A DNA stretch of 64,000 bases from the human T2T-CHM13v2.0 reference genome, Homo sapiens. This document shows positions 39,013 to 52,279 of the stretch, piece by piece. The notes beneath the pieces are model-generated. The model saw only the letters and a program-made list of their open reading frames with translations. It made no database searches and was not told the origin of the DNA. The first letter of the stretch is position 1. Each line of letters begins with the position of its first letter. The DNA lies in assembly GCF_009914755.1 (NCBI RefSeq), contig NC_060929.1. One strand, given 5' to 3'. Both the position numbers and the translations under genes were made by a program.

Positions 39013-39282
39013 CCGTAAAAATTTCTCTTCATTTCCAAAAAGTTGAAAAGATCCATTTTTCTTGAAGCTATACCTGAAAATAAAAAATTTCCTCTTTTTT
39101 AAAGAAATATCAGAACAATACAAGTGTGTTAGTGCCATTTATACTCTGCTGGGCCATGAGCTTGGAGTAAGTACATTGACTGTCTCCAAATAATTCAGAA
39201 TTTTTTTGAAAAGAATGGAAGTAGCTTAGGATATTAAGTTAAAGAAGTTGATTGAAGAGCTAAACTTAGGTGTACTTGTATA

Positions 39283-39463
39283 TGGGTTGTTCTCAAACTA
39301 TAGTGTGCATCACAATTACTGGGATGCCAGCACAGATTGCTGTGCCCAATCACCGAATTTCTGGTTCAGTAGGCTTGGAGTGGATCCAACAATTTGTGTT
39401 TCTAACAACTTCTCAGGTGAGGCTAATGCTGCTTGTCAAGGGGCCACTCTCTGAGAAAGACTG
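39283..39463. mobile_element. MER5A hAT-Charlie MITE
   Basis: gttctcaaact...tttctggttcagtagg...tttctaacaacttctcaggtgaggctaatgctgct...tgagaaagactg. Confidence 0.85.
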
Positions 39464-39648
39464 TTCTATATTAGATAGAACACATTAATGTGGTCACTGA
39501 ACAGTTAAGGAAGCTGCTAAATATGATTAAAAAGCTTTTGGAAACTCTCAGTACCTTAGGTGCTCTCTTCCTTCTAGTAAGAAGGGCATTCAGCCTATCC
39601 ACATTGAAAATGAAGTAGAGAATTGAGGCTATTTTCAGAGTAATGTAA

Positions 39649-40073
<425 letters not shown>

Positions 40074-40482
40074 GTTAATAATGTTTTAAAATAAGTTGGT
40101 TGGCACATCCATTGCTTTTGATGTCCAGAATGAACTTACCGTGGACAATTTTCAAATAGTTAGGCAAATCTCTCAGAACGTACATTACCCTGAAGTGAAA
40201 AAAAATTTATTTCACTAACAAATCAGATTCAGTAGTTGTAAATATTCCATAAACAATTATAGTTCATATCTAGAATAGAAGGCTTATTCGTATTATGAAA
40301 TCTATTGATAATACAATATATTCTTGGATAAATGAAATTTAAAAAGCCAACAGCAACCAATCATTTAAATATTGCCAAAAAGCTATTTGGCAGTATTTGC
40401 CATGTATTTCTGATGCCAAAAAATGAGAAAGTAGGAATACTGTAGGTGGTTAGTTCTTTAACATAAGAAATGTATATATTCT

Positions 40483-40507
40483 ATCAATCAATCAATCAAT
40501 CAATCAT
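40483..40507. repeat. (ATCA)n microsatellite
   Basis: Directly visible. Confidence 0.9.
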
Positions 40508-40534
40508 CATCTGGCCAATCTAATCTAAAGACAT

Positions 40535-41370
40535 ATCTCTAACCAAAGTCAGAAACAAGAGAAGGGTACTCACTATCGCTACTATTTTTTACATTTTTAT
40601 TGAGGCATAATTGATTTCTTTTATGATGAAATAAACTACACATATTTAAACTTCACATATTTAAAGTATATAAGTTTTGACATATGTTTACACTTGTGAA
40701 ACGATTACTAGGTATAAAATAATGAACATATTCACTACCCCTAAAAAATTCCTTGCATCCCTTTGTAATCCTTACCACCTGCCGCACCTCACCCCTCTTG
40801 CCCTGGCCATTGCTAGAAAGAAGAGTACACACTATGGGATTCTACTTATTTACAATTCTAGAAAATGCAAACTTATCTATAGTAACAGAAACCAGATTAG
40901 CAGCTATTGCCATTATTTTTCACCACTGTTTGGGAAATACAGTAGCCAGTATTATTAAATATGAGAAAGAAAGAAAGAGCAAAAATGTTTGAAATGAGAA
41001 GAAAATAATTATTTGCATGAATATTATTGTTTACATAGAATATCCAAAATAATTTAAAAGATTAGGAGAATTCAGTAAGCTAGTAGCTTCTAAAAATCAA
41101 TCTGTAAAAATCAATCTTTCCTATATGTAAATACCAATGAGATCATATAACTGAAAGAACGTGTTTCTAATAGCAACTAAAAATTAAAATATTTAGATGC
41201 AAAGTAACAAAAATTGTGAAGTTTGTATATGGAAAATTGTTTTAAGCCTTACTATACATGTCCATTTTGCCTAAATTAATCTATATATTCATTTAATCCC
41301 CATGAAAATAACAGTTTATTTTGCCTAGAACCTAGAACCTAAAACAATGCTAAAATCCATCTTGAAAAAT
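40535..41370 (+). mobile_element. Degraded old L1 ORF2 fragment (host of the nested L1)
   Basis: aagtcagaaacaagagaaggg...ttatttgcatgaatattattgtttacatagaatatccaaaa...gagaattcagtaag; many stops. Confidence 0.7.
40589..40903 (-). mobile_element. L1MC/L1MD-type 3' end with a 5' inversion
   Basis: Antisense 3' UTR 40589-40812 joined to the adjacent consensus segment in opposite orientation 40813-40903; TSD 13/16 at 40573 and 40904. Confidence 0.75.
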
Positions 41371-41521
41371 ATAGTTGTGGTTGTTAATCACTGCTATCTT
41401 GTAGGATCATTCTTTCACTATTTTTTCTTCAGGATTTTTCCAGCTTGTATTACATAACAACCACAACTATATTAAATATTATGGAAGCAATAAACACATC
41501 AAAGAAATGTAATACAGAGGA

Positions 41522-41900
41522 TATTATTTGGGATAAACTAGGTAATAACAAAGTAACCCTGAAATCTTGAAGGTTTAACAGAATGAAAATTTCTTGTTCA
41601 TTCTTCGAGTCTATTATTGGTCAGTGAAGAGTAGGGGGCTCAGATCTGTGTAGTCATTCAGGAACCCAGTGTAACGTTGACTCAGATGTTCTAGCAGTAT
41701 CAACCCAAAATAGTTTTTCTTCAATCTTCCCAGCAGGGTAAAACAACTTGGAGAATCATGAATGTTTATTTCCTCTGTCTCAGCCCGGCAATGAAGTAAT
41801 TAGATCAAAAATGGCCTTGCCTAACTGCAAAGGGGTTGAAAAACACTGGCTTCTACACACCCAGGAGATACTAGAAATGTCTGTGATAGAAAGTTCAGAA
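41522..41900 (-). mobile_element. MaLR LTR, MLT1J/K-like
   Basis: taacaaagtaaccctgaaatctt...gtagtcattcaggaacccag...atggccttgcctaactgcaaagggg. Confidence 0.6.
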
Positions 41901-42880
41901 ATAGCCCCCAATACATTTAGCAATACAGTTTGCAATATAGGCGCTATGTCAGATTTATTGGAAGAAAGGATATTACCTAATGCTTTGGTTGAAAGGCATG
42001 AAGCACTGAGCAGCAACATTTCTACCTTGTTCCTTATGCCAGCATAAATGCCAAATGAAAAAGAAGTTTGAAAAGAAAGGAAGTTCTAGAAGAAAGAAGA
42101 GACAAATCTAATTTTCAAGTGACAAAGAACTTTCTAAGCAAATAAAATAAAATTCATAGATAAGAATATGGACACCCAGAAGAAAACAGTGAGATGTTTA
42201 AGCTGGCAATTTGGGGAAAAAAAAAGAGAAAGGCCAATTTCAAACTCACTCATGATTAATATGTTAAAAAAGAATAAAATAACTTTTTTATCTAAAAAAT
42301 ACAAAATTTGATTATACCAAATATTAATAGTTGGAGAAATGCATATTTCATTGTCAGGAGTGCAGACATTTTTATTTTATCAAAACATGTGTATGTATAT
42401 ATATTAAGCATACGTAATATGTATATAAATTCTTTCCTCTTTTACTTAAAACGAATTATAAGAATCTAACAGTGGTTAGTTTTCAGAAAAGATCCTATGG
42501 GGAGTGTATCTACAGGAGGGGAAAGTTTTATTTTTTTTCAGTGTTTGATTTTTGCTAACCCTATATGCATACTGATTTTTTATGTTACTGTGAAGTTTAT
42601 GTGGTGAGTTTTGTTTCTTTTTTGTATATCTTAATATTTAACAAAACAGTTAGAAATTATATATATATATAAAGTAACTAATAAAAACATTTTCTTCAAC
42701 ATCATTATTTTTCAGATAGTAAAGGTAAATAGGAAGAAAGTAAAAAGTGAAATTACAAAATGATAGGCTGCAGTTATATATGGAGTATAGTCTCTAATAA
42801 ACTATTACAATCCTGACTCTCACTTTCTCTCACTTTCTTGGTGCATTTCCTATCAATTTCAAAGAAGTCTCATTAAATAA

Positions 42881-43197
<317 letters not shown>

Positions 43198-43299
43198 AAT
43201 AAAGGATATATTTCAAAGTCAAAGTTCTTTGGATAAACAGCTTTATGAACATTGATTTTTACTATATATATATATATATATACAATTCATAGAGTAATT

Positions 43300-43760
43300 C
43301 CAAGATCATATGCGTGCTTCCACAAAATATCTATATAGGATATGTATTGATGTGGTATTTGTAATCACACAATCACAGAAATACCACAAGTATTTCTTTG
43401 GCACAGTTTAAAACATGGTACAGCCATAAAATGGAAGTGTTACAGCATTTAAAGAGTGAAGCAAATATATGACTTATATGAATAATACCTAGGCTACCGT
43501 GCTATGTGAAAAAACAGTGAAAAAGCAGTGTACAGCATACAATATTTGTTTAAAATAATATAACCTCTGTATGTACAGGCAGTGTGTGTGTGTGTATGTG
43601 TGTATAGTCTTATTCTCTAGGAATACAGTAAGTAACTGATAGCAGGTGTTGCTCTGATGAGAGTGGGAATGAGGATAGAAGATAAATGTATTATTCTTTG
43701 TTTAGCTTTTTATATTGTTTGATTTCTTTTGCCATATAAAATATTATTTAAAAAAGTGAA
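43300..43760 (+). mobile_element. Old L1ME-type 3' fragment
   Basis: catggtacagccataaaatggaa...ttacagcatttaaa...actgatagcaggtgttgctctg; diverged. Confidence 0.55.
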
Positions 43761-44029
43761 CCAAATAACCAAAGAAAAGCACGTATGTTCTGCCTTTATT
43801 ACCTTAGACATATAAGCAAACAATATTCAGATAAATACACCTTAATTTTTGAAATCTTGTCTTTCATTGACTTTTTGTAAATGGCGATGTCTATGTTTTT
43901 ATGTGTGGAAGTCATATTACCTTCATCATGATGAAAATAACTCCTCCAGTCTACAAAGAATCTTATTCAGTCAAATTTCTTTTTCTTTAAACTCAATAAT
44001 TTGAAAACAAATATTGTGGACAAATGCAG

Positions 44030-44270
44030 GCTATTAAGTAGTGAAAATGGCTGTTCACAGACAATCAGATAGTACACTTGTCCCCAAGGTCCCCACTTCC
44101 TGGCTCTTAGGCAAATCATGTCAACTGAGTTTCAGGCTTCCTCACCTCAAAAGTGGGCATGAAACACACATGCTGCCTTACAAGATTCATATGCACTATC
44201 TGTCAAGTGTGATACAAACATGTACGAAGAGGCTTTACAAACTGTGATGTTCAATTCACATGTAAAGAGT
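44030..44270 (+). mobile_element. MIR SINE
   Basis: cttaggcaaatcatgtcaactgagtttcaggcttcctcacctcaaaagtggg. Confidence 0.65.
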
Positions 44271-44326
44271 TAGTACTGATATTCCTTTAATGTCAGTAGA
44301 ATGAATGCTCTAGAGATGTGTATAGA

Positions 44327-44478
44327 ATATGGATATGTAGGATTAGGCATTAAAGTTTTGCCTCAAGCATATTCTAGTCCTGTACTCTGTTAGTTATTTT
44401 AGAGAAAGGGAGATAGAACAGCTACTTAATAAAAAACCAGGAAGTACAGTGTCCTTGGAGAAGTTAGAAATCCGAGTT
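44327..44478. repeat. Copy A of a 150-bp local dispersed duplication
   Basis: Aligns in direct orientation with 46260-46409 (gtaggattaggcattaaa, tttgcctcaagcatat, gagatagaacagcta, gttagaaatc). Confidence 0.92.
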
Positions 44479-45896
44479 CTGAAAGCTTATATGAAAGCCT
44501 CCCTGGCAGCAGGATGTTCATTCACAAATTGCCTCTACACCAAAGGAAAATCCAGGCATAGATCCAGAGAGGAATAAAACTCTATTAGAATTCAGTTACT
44601 GTTTATTTTGTTTAACTTTTTAACCCTCTGCTATTTAATTCCAGTTTTAATTACAGCGGAAGCAACACAAAAGCGAAATAAATTGGCTTTAAAAAATTCT
44701 TCATATATACATACCTGTCTATTACCAAAAAGTTAGCAAGAAAGATATAATGACACTAATTACCTTTTCGCTGTACTTGTCACATCGTGTTTAGTTTTCT
44801 CTTTTGCAATGGCCTTTTGTTCAGTAGCTCTGGAAAACTAGGTGATCCAGTCCACTTTAACATCCCTGACATCTTATGAGCAAATGATAAGCAATATTTT
44901 GGGTGACTGCTGGGGTAATTACAAATTTAGTGATAATATATGCAAATCTCATGTGAAGGAAATTATAGGTCACTGTTGTTTGTATCATGCCATTTCTGTG
45001 GTGATAAAACAAATTGCTGTTAATTACCAGATTATTACCATCCTTAATTTTGATAATTCTAGGCTATCAAAACAGTGTTTTGAATCACAAATCATATTAT
45101 TTAGTTTTTCCAACAAGATGGTAGCACAGGGTTCCTCAATCATAATTCCAGCAAATACTTGAGAGTGTGTGTGCACGCGCATTTGACAAATTCATAGCTA
45201 TTATAGAGTAAACAAGGATTATTCATGAGTCTTGGGAAGATGAGCAGTTTCCTTTTCACTGGCCAACATACATATTTCATTCCCCGAAAGCTTCACTTCT
45301 GAATTATTCTGCATAAATATTGCTCTTCTTATAAGCTTCCCTGTCCCCTGGAGAGAAGTGAAATGGAAAGCCAATGAGAGGGAGTTAAGGCATATTGGAT
45401 AACATAACAAATTCTCAAAAGTTAAAACCTTACGGTGCAATCCACATGGTTGCTGGTGTTTCCCCAGTCATTTTCTCACTAAATGTTGGACAATAACATT
45501 GAAACTACCCTAGGAAGTGGATCAGACTGCATTCAGCCTCCAGCCAGCATTAAAACACCCATGCTTGGAAGGCTTGATTGCTATTGAGGGCCCTGGAATG
45601 ACATGAATCCTTGCTGTTGTGGCACCATTTGTTGGTAAAAATGAAATTCTATGTTCACCATTTTAAGTGAGGAGGTAACATAAATTACGGTTGGCTCTCC
45701 TTATCCTTGGGTTCTGCATCCTCAGAGTCAACCAATGTTGGGTGAATAAAAGCAAAAACAGTAAATATAATATAGCAATAAAAGTAATATGAAATTTAAA
45801 AACCAATACAGTATAACAACTATAACAACTATTTACAGAGCATTTACACTGTTTTACGTATTAGAAGTAATCTAATATATTTTTATTAGATATATA

Positions 45897-46207
45897 TTTT
45901 TTCTTTTTTTTCTTGTTTAGAGACAGGCTCTTGTTCTGTCACCCAGACTGGAATGCAGTGGTATGCTCAAAACCCTTGGCTCGAGTGGGCTCGAGTGATC
46001 CTCCTGCCTTAGTCTTCCAAGTTGCTGGGACTACAGGTGCATGCCACCATACCTGGCTATTTTTTTTTTTTCATTTATTTCACTTTTTATAAAGACAAGG
46101 TCTTGTTATGTTGCACAGGCTGGTCTCAAACCCCTGATCCCAAGCAATCCTCCCACCTCAGCCTCCCAGAGTGTTAGAATTACAGGCGTGAGCCATAATG
46201 CCCAGCC
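45897..46207 (-). mobile_element. AluJ with an internal deletion and a 10-bp duplication
   Basis: agacaggctcttgttctgtcaccc...ggctcgagtgggctcgagtgatcctcc...gagccataatgcccagcc. Confidence 0.93.
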
Positions 46208-46259
46208 TAAACACGATTTAAAGTATACTGGAGGATGTACATAGGTTGTTTGCAAATAC

Positions 46260-46409
46260 ATATTGATGTGTAGGATTAGGCATTAAAATTTGCCTCAAGC
46301 ATATGCTAGGTCTATACTCAGTTATTCTAGAGAAAGGGGAGATAGAACAGCTATATTTAATTAAAAAAAAAAAAGAGTAGTGTCATTGGAGAGGTTAGAA
46401 ATCTGACTT
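46260..46409. repeat. Copy B of the 150-bp local duplication, inside MER2
   Basis: Aligns with 44327-44478; MER2 sequence stops at gcaaatac and resumes at tttggtatcc. Confidence 0.92.
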
Positions 46410-48124
46410 TGGTATCCTAAGGAGTCCTCCAATGAATCCCCCAGGATACCCTGGGACAACTGTATATACCATTGACAGCTTTATTTGACTGGATATGGTT
46501 AGCAAGGTAATTACTTTATATTCGTGGCATTTAAGTCCATGTCTTTTCTTGTTTGAATATAATGATTGAAATAATTTTTAGTGTTTAGTGCTTGTGGGAG
46601 AAATTCTCACTTATTCAAGACTCAGTAACTGAGATTCAATTGCTCTGTTCGTAAGTGACTGAGTTGAAAAGAAAAAAAAAGAAACTACAAAACTCTTGTA
46701 GAATAATACATGTGGAAAAAAAAGCCACCTCATATAAATATAGCTAACTGTACTTGCAATGTCACTCATCAAAAAGGCATTTTAGTGCTTACAGAAGCTA
46801 CATTTCAGTCTAATACTAATTTTTCAAACTTGAAAACTTTCTCAAATCCATAAAGACAACTCAGTGGGCTATAAACTCAACATGTTTTCAAAACTCATAG
46901 TTATTTACCCCTTACTGCAAAGAGACTGAAGTTGTTCAGGGAAATATTTAACTTTGGTATTGTTTATAAACAATGTGACAAATGCCTGTCTGCCTTTCTT
47001 TGTATTCCAAGGGCAGGGAGAGAACCTTCACCATTTAAAGTGTCTTCTTCCTCGCTTACCTGTTTTCTCACCCATGCTTCCTTAGTGTGTGTGTTTTTGA
47101 ATTTTATGTATTTCTTATTTTATAGGACACTGCCACACCCCTACAACACTTTAGGTAAGAACATTTTGAAAGAAATGTGAATCTATGGATTCAAATCTTT
47201 TTAGATAAAAGTTTCTATGGGTTCATTAATCGATTATTTCTATCTTTGAAAATTTTCTTATCTAAATTGTTACTAGGGGTGTTGCCCTTCTCCAGCTGTG
47301 ACTGCTGGGGAAAAATTTTCAAGAGTCCCTCCTTTCTCCCCAAACAGAAATTGCAGTTGTTGATTCAGACTAAATTTTAAAAAATTTTGATTCTTTGTGC
47401 CAATGCAATTTATATAAAAATGACTTAAAGTCTTTCAAGTTGTATAGAGCTTGCAATATTCTATAACAGTCACACTGACTTTTCTCTAGTTTGAAATCCC
47501 ATTGATTTAAAGATAAATTTAATCTGTAGGTTAAATTTTTGAGGCATTCACACGTCTTGCTATAAGCTGTGTTTAAGGAACAACGTCATGGTCAAAAAGC
47601 TACTGATTTTTTTTTTTTTCAAATCTAAGTCTTCAAAGGAAATATGTCCTGACCCAAATGAATCTCCTCGGCCCTTTTGTGGAGTCTTGTGATACCTACA
47701 CATGGTCAGATTGTTTGAGGAATCATGTAATTGGAGGGAACAAATTTGTACCTCACTTTTCAGCTTTAACTAGACAAGTAATTTAGTACAGCACATAAAG
47801 CAATGGCTAAGGAAAAGACGTTTCTCTAAATAATGTAAACAAATGTCTAATTAGAAAGCTGATGTTTTAGGCTAGATTTTCATCAAAGTTCACTAAATAA
47901 TCATACAGAGGATTATGGAAAATTTGAGGGTCAATAATATAATTTCATACATTTTTGATGTAGTTCTACATATTTTAAGTATTCTTGAAATTTGTATTAG
48001 TAGGGAAATATCAGTCAAGAGTCATGTCTCCCTAAAAGGCTAAAGCTATATCTACCTTCAAAGATTGACAGATGAGACTTGAGGGCAATCAGTAAAAAGG
48101 TAAAATCTAGAAGGCATTGTTTCT

Positions 48125-48206
48125 CTTGAACTCCTGGCCTCAAGTGATCCACCTGCCTCAGCCTCCCAAAGTGCTGGGATTACAGGTGTGAGCCACCGTG
48201 CCCAGC
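48125..48206 (-). mobile_element. 3'-truncated, tail-less Alu (first ~82 nt) with TSD
   Basis: Flanked directly by aaggcattgtttct (48111-48124) and aaggcattgcttct (48207-48220). Confidence 0.9.
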
Positions 48207-48247
48207 AAGGCATTGCTTCTGAAACACTAGTATACATAGCCATCACT

Positions 48248-48403
48248 TCAGTGGCTTCTCTAAAATGTAGATCGCTGGGTTCTAACCAGTGGATCTTACA
48301 CAGTGAATCTCGACTAGAGCCCAGGAACTTGGAATTTTTAATTAGTTTCCCAGATGATCCTGATAAACATGACTTATAGACTACTCTTCAGAGAAAATTC
48401 TCT
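48248..48403. mobile_element. MER5-type MITE
   Basis: cagtggcttctc...gagcccaggaacttggaatttttaattagtttcccagatgatcctgat. Confidence 0.65.
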
Positions 48404-48489
48404 AAGGTAAGAATAATTTGTACTGGAACTTTCCAGAATAAATATGACAGAAACACATGTCAGGCTTTTACTAAATAGATATACTAAGG

Positions 48490-48599
48490 TGTGTATATAT
48501 ACATATGTGTATATATATACACACACACATATATACACTCACGCATATACATATATATACATATATGTGTGTATGTGTATGTGTGCGTATATATATATA
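48490..48599. repeat. Compound (TA)/(CA)/(TG) alternating purine-pyrimidine tract
   Basis: Directly visible. Confidence 0.92.
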
Positions 48600-50377
48600 A
48601 TGTCTATTGAAAGAATAAATGATGGAAGAAATACAAGAAAGAAGTTTCATCCCATTTATATTCTTAACAATGCGTCCACTGTCTAGTCCTGTTTATATCG
48701 TTAACAATGTGCCCATTGCCTTCATCCTTACTGTAGGGCACATGAGGGAGGCAGAGTTACCTCCTTCCATCTCTAAGATGCTGATGCCTAGTTATCTTCC
48801 AGAATAGATAAGCCCTGACAAACAGTGGATAGAATACATTTCCTCGCAAGCTTTATTTCTCACCAAGTCTACTTTGGTTCTTAGAATGATGGTTTTAATT
48901 CAAGTCTCCTGGTTTTAAAAACGATTCCTGTTTACAGACATCTGATAGTACCTTAAGCTCCCGACATTGGAAAGTTCTGCTTATTTGAACTGCAAAGGGA
49001 AGGCAGAATAGATGCCATGATTATTAGAGCCTTGGGTAATTCATGGTGGGCAATATCCTGACACCTACTTTAGCTGACTGTGATCTAAACATGGAAAGTC
49101 CTAAATATGCCTATGTAAATTCCAGGGAGCTGCTAAACTGTTTCTAGCGGTCCTGGTAGGCATTCATCTGAGACATTTTGTAGAGTGTCTGTAAGGCAAA
49201 GCATTTCTTCACTGGGTATGCATTTCCTATTTTGATGATCTCAGAGATGTTCTCATCAGAAAATTAACAGTGAATTACAGAGTAAATATTGTTGGGAACC
49301 ATTCTTCCTCTGCCTTTCTACTTTCCTCTTGTGGAGAAGAGTGAGCAGATGAAAAGGTAGTCCAGGATTGTCTTGTGCGTCCTTCTACATCCCCAGAGAA
49401 AACAGGGCACTGAGTATCCCCACTTTGTGCCCGCAGGTTCTATGGAGCCTTGAAGTTCTCGGGAGCTTGTATCAAATGAATAAAGCTGAAGGAAGAGGGG
49501 AGAACAGGAACTGAAATGGATTTTACAGAAGGGAAGGGTTTATCATGCATTGAATGATGGTTGTGGCTTGATTCTCCCCAAGGATGTATGTTGTGTTGTT
49601 TCTGCATCAGCCAAGGCCATGACTCTGACTTCTGTCCTTCAGTTTGTTCTTCATAAGTCTGGCCAAGAGAAGGTAAAAAGAGACACTAAAGGACCTTGGT
49701 ATCTGCAATTCTCATAAACCTGGCAGGAAAAGGAAATTTTAAAGAAATATTATATCTGGTTCAAAGTTACCCGTCAAGTCTGTGTCAGATCTTGGAGTAA
49801 AAAAACTAAAAAACTTTTGCTTCTCAGATCAAGACTCTAGCTATCAAAAATTCTCATGACCCTGTGAACTCAATGAGAGAATTCAATAGAAACTCTAGTT
49901 CTCATTCAGAAGACCATTTAACAGAGGTACACACTAGAAATTTTAATAGTTGAAAACTGTTGTATCTTGGATTGAAAAATTGATTTACAGTAGATTTTAA
50001 TGCTCCCAGCAAAAGATTTTTGGCATTTTATATCCTACTGTTTGTCACTTTTTTGGTACTGACACAACCATAAATCTTGATTATAGCTTCATTTCAAGTT
50101 AATATAGACTCTGTACATGTAATCTTCAACTCCTTTTTCTTCTGAAAATTGAGAACGTATTAAAACTAACCTTAAAATTTCTGTAAAGCAAAAATATCAA
50201 AAGTAATCATAATGATATATCCTGTGTGATGAACCATGAAATATTAAAAGATAATAACCAGATTTGTGGAAGGCACACTATATATAAAGAAATATGTGGC
50301 TCCATGCAAGATTGACCATTATATTTCCAGTTAACATGCCTTCATATATTCTTTTTCTACTGTGTAAGAAAGTACTA

Positions 50378-51080
50378 TTTTTTATTTAACTTTTTATTCT
50401 GAGATAATTGTAGTCACATACAATTCTAAGAAATAATACAGAAAGTTACTATGTATGTTTTACCCATTTCTCATAATGTAACATCTTGTAAAACTGTAGT
50501 ACAGTGTGATAACCAGGATATTGCCAATGATATAATCAAGATGCAAAACATTTTCATCACCACAAGGATTCCCCACATTGACCTTTTTCAGCTGCACCCA
50601 TCTTTCTCCTGCCTACTCTCACCCCTTAAACACAGGAAATCACTAGTCTCTTCTCCATTTCTATCATTTTGTCATTTCAAGAACGTTATATAAATGGAAT
50701 CATACAGGAATTAGCCTTTTGAAACTGGCTTTTTTCACTGGGATAATTTTTGGGAAATTCATACAGATTGCTTAGTGTATCCATAGTTTATTCTATTTTA
50801 TTACTGAATAGTATTCCATGATAAGGATGTCAATCAGAATGTTTAAGTATTCACTCACTGAAGGGTGTTTGGACTGTGTCCGATTTTTGGCTCTTGTAAA
50901 TAAAGCTGCTATTATCATTCATATACAGGTTTTGATTTCTCTGGGCTAAATTACCAGGACTGCAAATATTTGGTCATCTGGTAGTCGCATGTTTAATTTT
51001 TGAAGAAACTGTCAAACTGTTTTCCACAGTGGGTGAACCATACTACATTCCTACCAGCAATGTATGAGTATCCAGTTTCT
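50378..51080 (-). mobile_element. L1MC1/L1MC2-type 3' end
   Basis: gagataattgtag...taagaaataatacaga...catcaccacaaggattccc...ataaatggaatcatacag...cattcctaccagcaatgtatgag. Confidence 0.88.
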
Positions 51081-51084
51081 TTTT

Positions 51085-52216
51085 ACTTCTAGTGTGATTA
51101 GGAGTTTACAATCCCCACTAGGCTCCACTGATACTTCCCTTGCTGGTAAGGATAGCAGTGCCTTATTACTGCTCCCTACATGGTCTCTGCTGACTAGGGG
51201 GGGACATGGGATGGAGTGGGGTGATCTGATTACCATTAGATGGTGGTGAAAGTTTATCAGGCCTCCTCTGATACCACCCCAGTGGGGAGAGGGATAGACA
51301 TCTCATTGCTGCCAGGCAGGGGTGGAAGTTCAGGATCTCCATTCAACCTTATCTGATACCTCTCTAGCAGGAAAACTGGGATGCCTCACTATAGAACTTC
51401 AGCTCTGTACTTGGCCTCTTCTGATATGGATGCAGATTGGGACATAGTTTTCTGTGGTGTCTGGCTAGAGTAGGACAGTTATTGTCAAAGTTTTCATGTC
51501 TTGCTAGGCTGTCCTTTTCCTGGTCCTTTGGCTTGAACAAATAAGTTTTCATTGGGACTTTTTGTTTTTGGTCTGTGGCTGTTGACCTTACTGCTTGATA
51601 TGGTTTGGCTGTGTCCCCACCCAAATCTCATCTTGAATTGTAGCTCACACAATTTCCATGTGTTATAGGAGGGACCTGGTGGGAGGTAATTGAATCATAG
51701 GGGCTGGTCTTTCCCATGCTGTTCTTGTGATAGTGAATAAGTCTCACAAGATCTTGATGGTTTCATAAGGGGGAGTTTCCCTGCACAAGCTTTCTCTTTG
51801 CATGCTGCCATCCATGTAAGACATGACCTGCTCCTCCTTGCCTTCCACCATGATTGTGAGGCTTCGCCAACCATGTAGAAGTGTGAGTCCGTTAAACCTC
51901 TTTCTTTTGTAAATTGCCCAGTCTCGGGTATGTCTTTATCAGCAGCATGAAAACAGACTAATACACTGAGTTTCTGGCTTTTTCAACCCATCTCTGGGTA
52001 TATGCAGCAAAAAGAAACCCCATAGAACTCACCACTGTAACTTTCCATGTGTTCTCAAGATCTCTAGGCAGAAAACAGCAGAGAGGATAGCCTCTTTCCA
52101 ACTTTCAGAGTTTTCTTATGTTTGTTTTCTATATAGGATATACGGCTATTAGTTGTACTTTGCAGGAGGCATAAGGAAAATTGCATCTACTCCATTTTCC
52201 TATCAGTGGAAGTCCT
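51085..52216 (-). mobile_element. L1MC-type 5' region split by THE1
   Basis: ggcctcctctgataccacccc...aaaagaaacccatagaactcaccactg...catctactccattttcc...ggaagtcc. Confidence 0.65.
51596..51965 (+). mobile_element. THE1B-type MaLR solo LTR
   Basis: tgatatggtttggctgtgtccccacccaaatctcatcttgaattgtagctc...cagcagcatgaaaacagactaataca; flanks ctgct and ctgag. Confidence 0.93.
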
Positions 52217-52279
52217 CATACATTTTTAACAAACATATTAGTTCAACTTTCTATAAGATCGTCAAGTAATTAGCTTGAT

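Larger units (their letters stand above)
45688..46462 (+). mobile_element. MER2-family Tigger MITE interrupted by an AluJ and a duplicated segment
   Basis: TA|cggttggctctccttatcc...aatacagtataacaactat...gatttaaagtatactggaggatgt...ggataccctgggacaactg|TA. Confidence 0.85.
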
